A stretch of 64,000 nt of DNA from the sequence record SRR20825006_194. The stretch is one strand, 5' to 3'. The notes beneath the pieces were generated by a model. The model made no database searches. It saw nothing but the letters and a program-made list of their open reading frames with translations, and was not told the DNA's origin. Made by a program: the position numbers and the translations under genes. Of the stretch, positions 37,576 through 47,931 are shown piece by piece (positions within the stretch are counted from its first letter, which is position 1; the number at the start of each line of letters is the position of its first letter).

Positions 37576-39429
37576 TTATTTTTTAATGTCGGCTATTAAA
37601 AAACCTGGTTTAGGTTTTTTAGGACGATGGTTATCTGCAATTCCTTCAAAAGCATTCCAACGTTCACGTAATCTGAATGCCACACTTTTTGGATTTCGAT
37701 CTCTAGTGAACACACCTTTTTTATTCAATATTAAGCGACGGAAATGCTGAGGTGTTAAGAAGTCCGCAAAGTTCCATACGTGAGCTCCTGCGCAAAATTC
37801 ACGCTCTTCAATCACATCTAAATACCGAAGCGTAAACTCTGTTTGAAATTCTTCGGTGAACATTTGTGCGGTTGTAGAATGCAAACCTTCAACGGTATCG
37901 GCTCCAAATTCTGTAATCACTATTGGCTTGCCGTATTTCTCAAAAGTCCGATCTAGTTCTTCCCCTAGATTTTTCACCGCTAATTCAATGTCGGCAGGCT
38001 TAGTGTACCATCCATAATATCTGTTGATGCCAATTACATCACACCATTCAATAACTACATCGTTTTCCTTGAAGGCAGCCATAGAAATCGCCATAATAGG
38101 ACGTGAACTGTCTAGCGCTTTGGTGAAGTCGTATATTTCTTTGAAATACTGCGAACTTGCTTCATTCTGATAAAATTCTTCCGCCCAAAGATTCGGCTCG
38201 TTGGTAACCGACCATGAAATTACGCTTGGATGATTATAATCTCTTTCAATTAGCTCTTTTAAAGCTTGCTTATGATTTGTTAGCAGTGGGCTTAACTCGT
38301 CAAAATCATTCGACCAAAAGCCTAAACTAACGGCTGGTGTTTCGCAAATAACTAAGAATCCTAATTTATCCGCAAGGCGAATCCATTCTTCATCGTATGG
38401 ATAATGACTTGTTCGGTATGAATTGGCTCCAATCCAGCGCATTAGCTCATAATCTCGGATATAAGCAGGTCTGAATTGTCCGCGGCCAACAATTGGAAAA
38501 TCTTCGTGTTTCCCAAAACCACTCATGAAAAGAGCTTCGCCATTCAGTAAAATCTTTCCACCTTCTACTACTACTTCACGGAAACCAAATTGCTCGTCAT
38601 AGCTATCAATTTCAACTTCGTCATCTAATAAGCTAACTCTAGCGGTATATAGATATGGATTTGCTGGACACCACAAAATTGGGTTTTCAACTTTTAGTTG
38701 ATGGTTGCTTTCCTCTGAAGGCGAACTTGTAGCAACAGTTTTACCTTGAGCGTCAATAATTTTTACGCTGGTTTTGTAACCCTTTGAGGCCTTAACCTTG
38801 ATCTCAGCTGAACCATCAACTAATGCATCAATTTTGATGGTTGAAAGATGCTTTTCCGGAGTGGCCACGATGTTTACGGATCGTGTTAACCCGCCGTATG
38901 GGAAAAAATCAAAACGAGTAGCAGGGAAAAGATGTCGACGTTCGTATGCTTTTGTGTTGTACTGCTCCGACTCCGTATCCACACCTTGCGGTAAAGTGTG
39001 CATCGTTAAACGACTATCAACACAAATGGTAAGTTCATTTACAGAACCATCTTTGTTAACCCACTTTGTAACATCGAATGCAAAAGGGAGATATCCACCA
39101 AAATGCTCGCCTACATAATGTCCATTTACCCAAACTTCGGCTTTATGGTCTGCGGCACCAACACGAAGCCAGATTTTGTGTCCTGCAAGAAGTACGTTCG
39201 GGATAGAAAAATGAGTTTTATGCCATCCTTTGCCTACATAATTTTTGAGACCTTGCTCAGCGAGTTGTTCATTCCACGCGCCGGGAATAGCAATTGAGTG
39301 AACATCGCCCGTTAAAGTACTTTCTTGCCACTTTTCTTGTATTCCTAAATCGGATGGATCGGCTTTAAAGTCCCAATATCCACCTAAATCAAAGACAGTT
39401 CTATATTTGTTCTGCTGAGGAAATAGCAT
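37576..39429 (-). CDS. uidA: GH2 beta-glucuronidase, no signal peptide
   Basis: FDFFPYGG, GFGKHED, NSYRTSHYPY, SWSVTNEP (acid/base), NRYYGWY, TEFGAD (nucleophile), WNFADF and the GUS-diagnostic NKKG. Confidence 0.9.
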   Translation of the reverse strand: MLFPQQNKYRTVFDLGGYWDFKADPSDLGIQEKWQESTLTGDVHSIAIPGAWNEQLAEQGLKNYVGKGWHKTHFSIPNVLLAGHKIWLRVGAADHKAEVWVNGHYVGEHFGGYLPFAFDVTKWVNKDGSVNELTICVDSRLTMHTLPQGVDTESEQYNTKAYERRHLFPATRFDFFPYGGLTRSVNIVATPEKHLSTIKIDALVDGSAEIKVKASKGYKTSVKIIDAQGKTVATSSPSEESNHQLKVENPILWCPANPYLYTARVSLLDDEVEIDSYDEQFGFREVVVEGGKILLNGEALFMSGFGKHEDFPIVGRGQFRPAYIRDYELMRWIGANSYRTSHYPYDEEWIRLADKLGFLVICETPAVSLGFWSNDFDELSPLLTNHKQALKELIERDYNHPSVISWSVTNEPNLWAEEFYQNEASSQYFKEIYDFTKALDSSRPIMAISMAAFKENDVVIEWCDVIGINRYYGWYTKPADIELAVKNLGEELDRTFEKYGKPIVITEFGADTVEGLHSTTAQMFTEEFQTEFTLRYLDVIEEREFCAGAHVWNFADFLTPQHFRRLILNKKGVFTRDRNPKSVAFRLRERWNAFEGIADNHRPKKPKPGFLIADIKK

Positions 39430-39462
39430 ACTTATTAACTCTTATTTTTTAAAATTCTTAAT

Positions 39463-40716
39463 TTATAGTCCTAAAATTCCTTGGATACCTAACACTGCCA
39501 TTGCAATGGAAAAAATCAGTGTTATCCCCACTAAAATATTTTTAAAAGGGGTTAATTTGTGCTTACCCATTACATCTTTCTTGTTCGCTAGAATGAGCAT
39601 AAGAAGAATCACTAATGGTGTAACTACCGCTAAGAAGGCTTGAGAGGAAATCATCACTAGCACTGGACGACCGCCAATTATTGGTACAATTAGTCCTAGA
39701 GAAAGCACGCCTAAAACGATTAATCGATTTGGGGTAGATTTCATATCCACTTCTTCATTCTTGTAATCACCAATTAGCCATGGTGCTAGAATAATGATTG
39801 GGAACAGTGATGAAAGACCTGCAGCTACAATTCCTGCTACAAAAATTGAGACGGCAAAACGCCCTGCTAATGGTTCTAATAAACTTACCATATCCATAGC
39901 ATTATCCACTTTTAAACCAAGCGGGTAAAGTGTACCTGCGGCAGCAGCCATAACAGCAACGCTAAGTACAAACATCAAAACTGCCGAAATAATGGCATCT
40001 CTTTTTTCTAGCTTAAAATTGTCGAGGTTCCACCCTTTTCCTTTAATAAGAATAGAACGGACTACAAAAATAACGGCACCCATTGTGGTACCAACCATTC
40101 CTGCAATAAGGAGAGAAGCATTTGAGTCATTCGGGATTTTAGGAATTAATCCCATCATCAATTCTTTAGGATCTGGGATTATCATAAACATTGTTAGTAA
40201 AAAACTTAGCCCCATTATTCCCACAAAAACCGCTAATACTTTTTCAAAGAAATTTTGTTTTCCATTCCAGAAAAGTGTGTACAGAATAGCACCAAAAAAC
40301 AGTGCTGAAAAAATCGGATTAATTCCATTTCCAGATTCTGTAAGTGGTCGAGACCATTCTTGAACCACCTGTGTCACAATTGCCATCACTCCAATACTTG
40401 AAACCGACTCGCTAAAAAGGAGAGCTAAAAGAACAATCATAGCAAAAGATTTACCAAAGTACTTTTTATAACTATACAGTATGGTATCGCCCGTAACAAT
40501 GGTATACCGCCCAAACACTAGAATAAGTATGTAGGTGAATATACATGAAAGTAATAATGGCCAAGCAAGCGTCATTCCATATTCCGCACCTGTGGCTGCC
40601 ATGGTAGTTACACTTCCGGTACCGATATTGTAGCCTATTACAAAAAGTCCTGGCCCAATAGATATAATGAATAATTTGAACCTCTCAAAAAGCCCTTTTT
40701 TAGCTTCTGTTGTCAT
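39463..40716 (-). CDS. NRAMP-related (APC superfamily) transporter lacking the DPGN motif
   Basis: IGPG....YNIGTGSVTT.A..GAEYG..L.W, GMVGTT, LEPLAG, AAGLSS; about 11 TM segments. Confidence 0.75.
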   Translation of the reverse strand: MTTEAKKGLFERFKLFIISIGPGLFVIGYNIGTGSVTTMAATGAEYGMTLAWPLLLSCIFTYILILVFGRYTIVTGDTILYSYKKYFGKSFAMIVLLALLFSESVSSIGVMAIVTQVVQEWSRPLTESGNGINPIFSALFFGAILYTLFWNGKQNFFEKVLAVFVGIMGLSFLLTMFMIIPDPKELMMGLIPKIPNDSNASLLIAGMVGTTMGAVIFVVRSILIKGKGWNLDNFKLEKRDAIISAVLMFVLSVAVMAAAAGTLYPLGLKVDNAMDMVSLLEPLAGRFAVSIFVAGIVAAGLSSLFPIIILAPWLIGDYKNEEVDMKSTPNRLIVLGVLSLGLIVPIIGGRPVLVMISSQAFLAVVTPLVILLMLILANKKDVMGKHKLTPFKNILVGITLIFSIAMAVLGIQGILGL

Positions 40717-40734
40717 CTTAGCCTATATTATTAA

Positions 40735-43281
40735 TTACTTAATGTTGATTTGGACTAACTGCTTAGATGGAATACTTAGCGAAAACCGCTCCCCACCTTT
40801 GCTAATTTTAATCTTTTCTGAACGTACAATTTTACTTCCTACCGATTGTGTAAGCGTATATGTACCTGGTGCAAGTTGCCATATTCTCATTGTTAAATTC
40901 TCAGTACTCTCTGCATAAGAATACAGCTCAACAGAGACTTTTGAAGAATCACTATCTGTAACTAAGAAGGCCATGTCTCTACTTGCATTTTCCCAGCTTA
41001 TAGCGATATACGGCGAAGAACTTTCTGCAATACCATACCCTGTTACCATTGCTTGCAGAATATCCACCTGACGTGAGCTATTTGGACCAACATGAACTCT
41101 ATCTGTATGAATTACCTCACTGCTAATCATTGGCGTATTGTAGCGAACTGTTTCCAAGTATGGTTGCATACCTTCTATAAGAAACTTCTCATTTCCACTT
41201 AAACGATATTTCACAAATGATGAACCGTGAGCCTGAATAAGATTATCGTACTTTGCATTTCCAGTTAGTAGTCTCCAAGTTCCAATCACACTCCAAAAAT
41301 CTGGATTATCCCCTAAAACACTTACTACCCACTCTTCTGAGCCTTTTTCAAAACTGTCTGAATTTTGAGATAGAGCTTTTCTGTGTTTTGAAACTAAATC
41401 GAGATGTTGAGTTATTGGCAATAGATACTTTTCGTCACCTGAAATAGTCCATGTATATAAAAGCTCATCTAATATGGCTGTACTACCATTCCAATCGAAA
41501 TAATCCCAATACATGTTCGCCACGTACCAAGTTGGTTCTGGCCCATTAATCTTACCCGTTGGGAATTCTATTGAGGCTGGAATTATCCCTTTTGATTTGC
41601 CTTTAGTTGTTTTCTGAGATACAGCCAACCAACCATCAGCCCATTCTTCTAAAGCTTTAATTGTTGAGGCATCTTTACTTTTCCATGCATAATATCGCAC
41701 TGCTTTTGCTGCACGTGCATTGTAGGGTACATCTCTGTTCTTTGGCACCTCGGTTTCAATTTCTGTAGAACTAAACCAAGCCGATTTAAAAAATCTAAAT
41801 CCTTCGTCGTTTATTCCTGTCCACAAATTCTTGAAGTAATCTGCTGAATACCCAAGTCGAGTGGTATACTCTTCATCATCACTATAAAACACCATTAATG
41901 GAGCTGTATCTGAAATAAATTCAGAGGAATGTTCAACATCACTTGGATTCTTAGCATAGCCTTTATACACCTTGCTACTATTCCAAACTCCATCTGCTAA
42001 GCGTTTCCAACCTTTGTAGGTTGTTGTATCTCCAGATAGAATAAGTGGAGACCACCATCTTAGAATTTCAACATCATCGCCAAACTTACCGCCAAACTCG
42101 CCATTAGCCGATTGTTGTTCATTTACCCACCAATCAACAGCGCTTTTTAAGCGATTCATTAATTCCCATTGTGCGAACGACCAATCCGGTGCATTTTTTG
42201 GCTTAATCACATTATCAAAACGATCGGGAGTGTCGATTTGTTCACCATTGTACATGCGAACTAAATCACTATTCGGTTGTAACTCTTTCATGCTTTTTAT
42301 GTCTCTGAGTGCAGAAATTTTCTCCTGACCTGAAGCACCTTCTAACCAAAGCCAATAAAGAAGTCTCGTTCTATACCATAAGGCCCGTTCATAGAGCAAG
42401 CTTTCTGAAGCATTTGGTGAACTTAAAACACCATCATAAAGCATGATAGACTGTTTTATGTGGTCGAATAGACTTAATCCTGTTTCTTCAGAAAAATGGC
42501 TCCAACCTCTGTAATAAAAGTACTTCTCGCCTTCTGCTAACAGTTCTAATTGTTGCTTATAGTACGTAGCAAAATTTTGGACTTCACTATCTTTGGTGAA
42601 TGGAGTTATAAACTCAATAACAGACTTGATATCGACTTCACTGTCAAATGAGCCAACGTCTTTCAGTTTTGCTACAATAGGATCTAGTTTAGGACTAGAA
42701 CTTTCAGATTGAACCGGAATTAAAGATAAACCAAGAAGTCTTACTTTGTCGCCTTGGTTACTTAAGTTAATTATTAAACCTTCATCTCTAACTGAAGATA
42801 CAAACTGAGCCACTCTGTACATTTTCTGAATTACAGTTCGAGGCTCAGCGCCTTCACCAAATGTTTGTAATGCATTATCTTGAACCACACCATTCAAAGT
42901 AATTTGCACTGCATTTGAATCTTGCATTCCACCATCGTACCACAAACTAATTTGCCAATCGCCAGCAGGTAAATCAGCTCGGAATGAAAAATTGTTTGCC
43001 AGTACACCGTCTATTAAAAAAGCATTTCTTGAATTTTCCCATTCAGAATGTTCAAAAGATTCTCCTCCACCTTTTAGCCAGCCGTAGCCTTTTTCTTTGG
43101 AGTAAGTAAAGCTTGGAGTCAATGGATGGTTTCCATCTGCTAGTACTGATGTTGAAGCACCTGCATCAAAAAAGTATGAGCTCTGCTCAAATTTAATTGG
43201 TTCAGGTTGGTGTTTAGGAGTGCCAACACAACTGATTGGCATAGATAAAGCAATTAAAAAAACGATGAGGGCTTTAAACAT
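40735..43281 (-). CDS. Large lipoprotein of unknown function (N-terminal galactose-binding-like sandwich plus predicted helical domain)
   Basis: Lipobox PISC; YFFDAG...YSKEKGYGW...ADLPAGDWQI N-domain; Trp/Asp/Glu-rich core (GEFGGKFGDDVEILRWW, DVEHSSEF). Confidence 0.75.
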   Translation of the reverse strand: MFKALIVFLIALSMPISCVGTPKHQPEPIKFEQSSYFFDAGASTSVLADGNHPLTPSFTYSKEKGYGWLKGGGESFEHSEWENSRNAFLIDGVLANNFSFRADLPAGDWQISLWYDGGMQDSNAVQITLNGVVQDNALQTFGEGAEPRTVIQKMYRVAQFVSSVRDEGLIINLSNQGDKVRLLGLSLIPVQSESSSPKLDPIVAKLKDVGSFDSEVDIKSVIEFITPFTKDSEVQNFATYYKQQLELLAEGEKYFYYRGWSHFSEETGLSLFDHIKQSIMLYDGVLSSPNASESLLYERALWYRTRLLYWLWLEGASGQEKISALRDIKSMKELQPNSDLVRMYNGEQIDTPDRFDNVIKPKNAPDWSFAQWELMNRLKSAVDWWVNEQQSANGEFGGKFGDDVEILRWWSPLILSGDTTTYKGWKRLADGVWNSSKVYKGYAKNPSDVEHSSEFISDTAPLMVFYSDDEEYTTRLGYSADYFKNLWTGINDEGFRFFKSAWFSSTEIETEVPKNRDVPYNARAAKAVRYYAWKSKDASTIKALEEWADGWLAVSQKTTKGKSKGIIPASIEFPTGKINGPEPTWYVANMYWDYFDWNGSTAILDELLYTWTISGDEKYLLPITQHLDLVSKHRKALSQNSDSFEKGSEEWVVSVLGDNPDFWSVIGTWRLLTGNAKYDNLIQAHGSSFVKYRLSGNEKFLIEGMQPYLETVRYNTPMISSEVIHTDRVHVGPNSSRQVDILQAMVTGYGIAESSSPYIAISWENASRDMAFLVTDSDSSKVSVELYSYAESTENLTMRIWQLAPGTYTLTQSVGSKIVRSEKIKISKGGERFSLSIPSKQLVQINIK

Positions 43282-43368
43282 GAGAGATTCTATTCCTTCA
43301 AATCATTGTAAAGAGTTTCCTTTTACTTTCGTCAAACACATTCAGCAAAAGGTGAAAAAATTAAATAT

Positions 43369-43392
43369 GGAGGATTCTTTCACAAACCCTCC
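43369..43392 (-). terminator. Internal hairpin/terminator after the TBDT-T9SS pair
   Basis: Minus strand GGAGGGTT-loop-AATCCTCC followed by ATATTTAATTTTTT. Confidence 0.6.
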
Positions 43393-43408
43393 AAAAAAAT
43401 AAATATTA

Positions 43409-44983
43409 CTACTTAATAAGAGTCATTCGTCCGCTATTTACAAAAGAGTGACCTGCTGATACTGCAGTTACTCTGTAGATATATAAACCTGATGCTAAAG
43501 ATGCCGCATCAATCTGGATACTTTGGCTAGCACCAGCGCTTAATCTTTGCGAAGGAACGGTTAATAGTCTCTGGCCCATTACATTATAAACATCAACCTG
43601 AACATTAGCAGCTTGCGCTAAACTAAAGGAGATTTGAGTTGTTGGGTTGAATGGGTTTGGATAGTTACCATGAAGAACAAAAGCACCTGGTACATCTGCA
43701 CCAACTTCTTCTTCGTTAGCTACATGTAAACCACCATGCCAGATTAGAGAACCTAGTTGTTGGCCTGCAACTGCAGCAGTGTAAGAGCTAAAAGAGCTAG
43801 CATAACCAAAATCAAATGGCTCGCCATCAGTTGGAAAATCAGGTTGTTCTCCAGCAGGATCTTGATAGTACGCAGTCATTACATTTAATGGAACTGCAGG
43901 GCCATCTGTGAAAGAAACACTTTCAGAAATATTAGAACTTCCAGAAGTACCTTCTTCAATATAAGCTAATGCTGTTGCATTGAAAGATACTGGTGCATTA
44001 ACAGTGTCTGGGTAGCTATCCATGATTGTTTGGCTACTGTAGATATTGTTATAGCTCATAGTTATTGAAGCTGCTCCTAAAGAGTCAATTTGAGTTTGAG
44101 ATAAAGAATCTACACTAACTACAGAAAGAACTTCATCTTCAGCTTGTGGAATACCATAAAACGCGCCATCAATGATAAGGTTGTTAGTAAAAATTACTTT
44201 TACTGCTTGCCCAAATTCGAAAGCACCATTCTTACCAATATTCACAACTGTGTTATGATTAACTTTAGCGTAGTTAATTTCACCACCAGCATCTCTAAGT
44301 ACTTGGCTAGTTAGGTTATAAAAAGTATTGTTTTCTAATACCAACGTATCAATTTGACTACCACGATCATCAATAGCTCTACCGTTATCAGGACTAGCAG
44401 ATGTACCAATGTTACTGATAACAGAGTTAGTTATAAAAATTCTGTTTCCAGAATTATCAACTCTTAAAGCCGCTTGAGTATCACCATCTAAGTGGCAATC
44501 GTCAATTACAATTCGCACATCATTTTCACTAATACGGATGATTCTTTGGTCACCATTATAAGCGTCTAAATTATCAATACCTGTTATATATAAACCTTTA
44601 AGGGTTAAATCGGCACGTGCTCTAAATGGACGGCTAGATGTTCCACCATCACCTGCTGCTGGAAGTAGAATAGGTCTATCACCAGCACCATCTTCTGCAA
44701 CAATAGTTAATGGGAAGCGATTCTGAATACTTCCTTCAAGGGCATAATACCCTCCTCTTTTTAGCTCATAGACCGTGTTTAAATCTGTTCGCTCTCCACC
44801 AGCTGTTGTATCACTATCAATAGCTTCGTTCAATGTTCCTAAACCTGGCGCTACTTTAACGATACGTTGTGCAACGGCATCAGAACCGGTAAACACTAAT
44901 ACTGCTCCAAGTATTAACAGTTTGGTTGAAAGTTTGTATAACATTGAGTTACTCAAACTTTTCTGGTTTGTATAATTGCTCAT
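43409..44983 (-). CDS. T9SS-secreted right-handed beta-helix-like protein
   Basis: Signal peptide ending AVA-Q; Asn-ladder repeats (ITNSVISNIG, LENNTFYNL, VNHNTVVNIG, FTNNLIID); CTD GNYPNPFNPTT...ASGLYIYRV...RMTLIK; SD AAAGGAGG. Confidence 0.82.
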   Translation of the reverse strand: MSNYTNQKSLSNSMLYKLSTKLLILGAVLVFTGSDAVAQRIVKVAPGLGTLNEAIDSDTTAGGERTDLNTVYELKRGGYYALEGSIQNRFPLTIVAEDGAGDRPILLPAAGDGGTSSRPFRARADLTLKGLYITGIDNLDAYNGDQRIIRISENDVRIVIDDCHLDGDTQAALRVDNSGNRIFITNSVISNIGTSASPDNGRAIDDRGSQIDTLVLENNTFYNLTSQVLRDAGGEINYAKVNHNTVVNIGKNGAFEFGQAVKVIFTNNLIIDGAFYGIPQAEDEVLSVVSVDSLSQTQIDSLGAASITMSYNNIYSSQTIMDSYPDTVNAPVSFNATALAYIEEGTSGSSNISESVSFTDGPAVPLNVMTAYYQDPAGEQPDFPTDGEPFDFGYASSFSSYTAAVAGQQLGSLIWHGGLHVANEEEVGADVPGAFVLHGNYPNPFNPTTQISFSLAQAANVQVDVYNVMGQRLLTVPSQRLSAGASQSIQIDAASLASGLYIYRVTAVSAGHSFVNSGRMTLIK

Positions 44984-45040
44984 ATAAGCCTCCTTTTGGC
45001 TGGTATGTTGTTGTTATCTTAGCATTATTGTGTTGTACTT

Positions 45041-47881
45041 TTAGAACCGGTATCTCAAGCCTACGTCTGCCGTCATTCCAAAAATTTCGTCTTCTCCAGT
45101 GAAAGCTTTCAACCCTGTGTATGAGCTTTCAGATTGGTTAGTAAAATTGTTCACATTCAAAAAGAAGGTGATTGAATCTAGTTTCTTAAATTTCTGATTG
45201 ATGGATAAATCCCAATAACCATAGGTGTCAGAAATAATATCTTCTTGAGCTAAGATTCCTACTCGTTCTAAAATTTCACGTTGGTATGAGTATGAAACTC
45301 GTCCTGAGAAACCGCCTTTTTCATACCCAATGCTTAAACTAGCTACAAAATCTGGTTGGCCTGGTAATTTACCTGCTCTTGATGTGTCTGCATAGATTGG
45401 TCGGAAAGGTGGATTTGGATCATTTCCTACTAATTTCAGGTATGGGAAGAAGGTTTCTGAGTGGATAATTGAAAAATTAGTATTTAATATTAATCCATCT
45501 AATGGCTTAGGTAGAAACCTGAAATCTGTTTGTATATCAAATTCAACACCATAAACAGTAGACTCAGACCCGTTTACAGGTTCAGTAATTCTATAACCAT
45601 TATAATCTCCACCAAATATTCTACTCTCAGTAATGTAATCGATGTCTTTTAGTTTTTTATAGAACGTCCCAACTGTTAAATAACCAATACGGCTATTATA
45701 CAATGATAAGAAGGCATCGTAGTTTAAAGCAGTAGTATGCTTAATATTTGGATTTCCTCGGGCAACAGTTTGCTCAGCATCATTAATAAGTTCGGATGGA
45801 ATCAAGTTATAGTAATCTGGGCGAGAAAGTGTTTTTGTAGCAGCAAGACGTAAGCTAATTCCATCGGAAATATCAACCTTAACATGTACCATAGGTAGTA
45901 ATTCACCATATTTTTGTCCCCCTGTTGTATCCATTAATGTCCCCGAGCTACCTAAATTACCTCTTATTGACCCCGCAACTCCTTCATAGTAATTTTCAGT
46001 CCATTCATAGCGAACTCCAGGTAGAATCATAATTCTTTTCCCTAAATTAATCTCAGCCATTAGGTAGGCGGCGTTAATTTTCTCGCCAGCTGTATAATCA
46101 CCAAGCTCAAATATTCTATTCAAGAGGTACATATCTTGATAATTTTCATAGAAATTATTCAGCAGGTTGTTATTTAAACCAGGTCCAAACTCGTATCTAC
46201 CATTCATGAAATTTTTGGCTTCAAAGTCTGGATTAATGAAGTTACCAATCCTAATATGCTCATCATTGTATAGATCGTAAGTGTCTGTATTAGCTTGCCC
46301 AATTTCACTTACAACATTAAAATCTGTTTGATATTGATTGATATCCTCAACCTTCTTCTTATCTCTTATTTTACCACCAAATTTTACAAATCCATCAATT
46401 CCGCTATCAAAGTTAAATGGAACTTTAAAGTTTGCTTCTGCTGTATAATTTCTATCTGTACCTCTTTCTGGATTGTACGTGCTATATAAAAAATATGTCC
46501 TGCTTAAATCATTTTTAGCAAACTGTGGAATGGGCTCTGGTCCTAGATTATCTATCAGACCTGTTTGATATGCTGTAAGTTCTTGGAAGCGAGAGTATAC
46601 AGAATATGGCTGCTTTCTTAATGAATATGAATTGGTGAGCTGCCAGTCAATTACAATCCAACTTAGTTTATGCTCAGCTCTAAGTGAATTAGAGTACACT
46701 TGGCTGTTTATGGTTCTATCCCTTAAATCATACTCAACTCTACCATTACTTACTCGGTAGCGTTTTCTTCTTCTCACTTCATCTCTATCTGTCCTGCCCC
46801 AAAAACTATTTAAATAAAACTTGGTAGCGTCCAAGTCGTAATCTAGAGCTAAACTTGCCCCATACCGATCTCTTTCTTCTTGAATATCAGCAAGGTTTAG
46901 GTTGTCAATTTCTACGCTTTCACTTTCTTGACGATAAGAGTAATCTGCATCTAATAAGTCTGAACTTCTATTTGCCTTCTGAACACTACCAGTAAGTAAA
47001 ACCCCTAGCTTATCATCAAAAAATCTATCACTTAAATTCAGACTGAATTTGTACTGTCCGTATTCGTTTTCTAAATCATTATAACCTGTTTGGAGGCGCA
47101 AATCGCCTTTAAAACCCGCAGGAGCCTTTCTAACCAATAGGTTTACAGTACCTCCAATCGCATCTCCATCTTTATCTGGAGTTAATGCTTTATATACCTC
47201 AATTCCACCCAATACATCTGATGGAATTAAACTTAAATCTACCGATCTATCATTTGGATCCGATCCTGGTAAGCGGACACCATTAACTGTAATTGAATTA
47301 AATTTGGGAGACAATCCTCGTACTACAATTTTTGATGCTTCACCCGCATTACGCTGAACGGAAACACCAGGTAAACGCCCAATAGATTCTGCCGCATTTT
47401 GATCCGGGAGCTCACTTATACGCTCAGCAGAAACTACATTCACTATGGTATTAGAGTTCATTTGGTCTTTAATAGCAGCAGCTTGTCCTAACGCTTGCGC
47501 TCTAATCTCTATAACTTCACCTTCCACAAGCTCTTCTTCTAAAGCTACATCGAACGTTACTGTTTCATTGGCAGTAATGGTGACATCCATTAGTCTCGTC
47601 TTCATCCCCAAAAAAGAAACTCTAACTTTATACGTTCCAACTGGAACTCGTTCTACTATATACTTCCCTTCAAGATCCGTTGCAGCTCCTCTCGATAACT
47701 CCACAATAAAAATATTTGCACCAAAAATAGGGTCGCCATTTGTATACTCTGTTACCACCCCTTGAAGTGTTCCTACATTTTGAGCATACACAGAGCTCGA
47801 AACTAACACCCAAGTAAACATTAAAAGTCCTAGCGATACAAATCGCTTTACTGCTTTTCTTTTTAAGCCTTTTAAAGTCAT
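45041..47881 (-). CDS. TonB-dependent receptor (non-SusC type)
   Basis: Signal peptide, carboxypeptidase-regulatory-like N-domain, plug ISELPDQNAAESIGRLPGVS...VRG, barrel ending GLRYRF. Start ATG 47881 or GTG 47893. Confidence 0.93.
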   Translation of the reverse strand: MTLKGLKRKAVKRFVSLGLLMFTWVLVSSSVYAQNVGTLQGVVTEYTNGDPIFGANIFIVELSRGAATDLEGKYIVERVPVGTYKVRVSFLGMKTRLMDVTITANETVTFDVALEEELVEGEVIEIRAQALGQAAAIKDQMNSNTIVNVVSAERISELPDQNAAESIGRLPGVSVQRNAGEASKIVVRGLSPKFNSITVNGVRLPGSDPNDRSVDLSLIPSDVLGGIEVYKALTPDKDGDAIGGTVNLLVRKAPAGFKGDLRLQTGYNDLENEYGQYKFSLNLSDRFFDDKLGVLLTGSVQKANRSSDLLDADYSYRQESESVEIDNLNLADIQEERDRYGASLALDYDLDATKFYLNSFWGRTDRDEVRRRKRYRVSNGRVEYDLRDRTINSQVYSNSLRAEHKLSWIVIDWQLTNSYSLRKQPYSVYSRFQELTAYQTGLIDNLGPEPIPQFAKNDLSRTYFLYSTYNPERGTDRNYTAEANFKVPFNFDSGIDGFVKFGGKIRDKKKVEDINQYQTDFNVVSEIGQANTDTYDLYNDEHIRIGNFINPDFEAKNFMNGRYEFGPGLNNNLLNNFYENYQDMYLLNRIFELGDYTAGEKINAAYLMAEINLGKRIMILPGVRYEWTENYYEGVAGSIRGNLGSSGTLMDTTGGQKYGELLPMVHVKVDISDGISLRLAATKTLSRPDYYNLIPSELINDAEQTVARGNPNIKHTTALNYDAFLSLYNSRIGYLTVGTFYKKLKDIDYITESRIFGGDYNGYRITEPVNGSESTVYGVEFDIQTDFRFLPKPLDGLILNTNFSIIHSETFFPYLKLVGNDPNPPFRPIYADTSRAGKLPGQPDFVASLSIGYEKGGFSGRVSYSYQREILERVGILAQEDIISDTYGYWDLSINQKFKKLDSITFFLNVNNFTNQSESSYTGLKAFTGEDEIFGMTADVGLRYRF

Positions 47882-47931
47882 AAAGCCATACACATTTTAC
47901 GTTGATCATTTATTAAAATAGAAGGCCAAAA

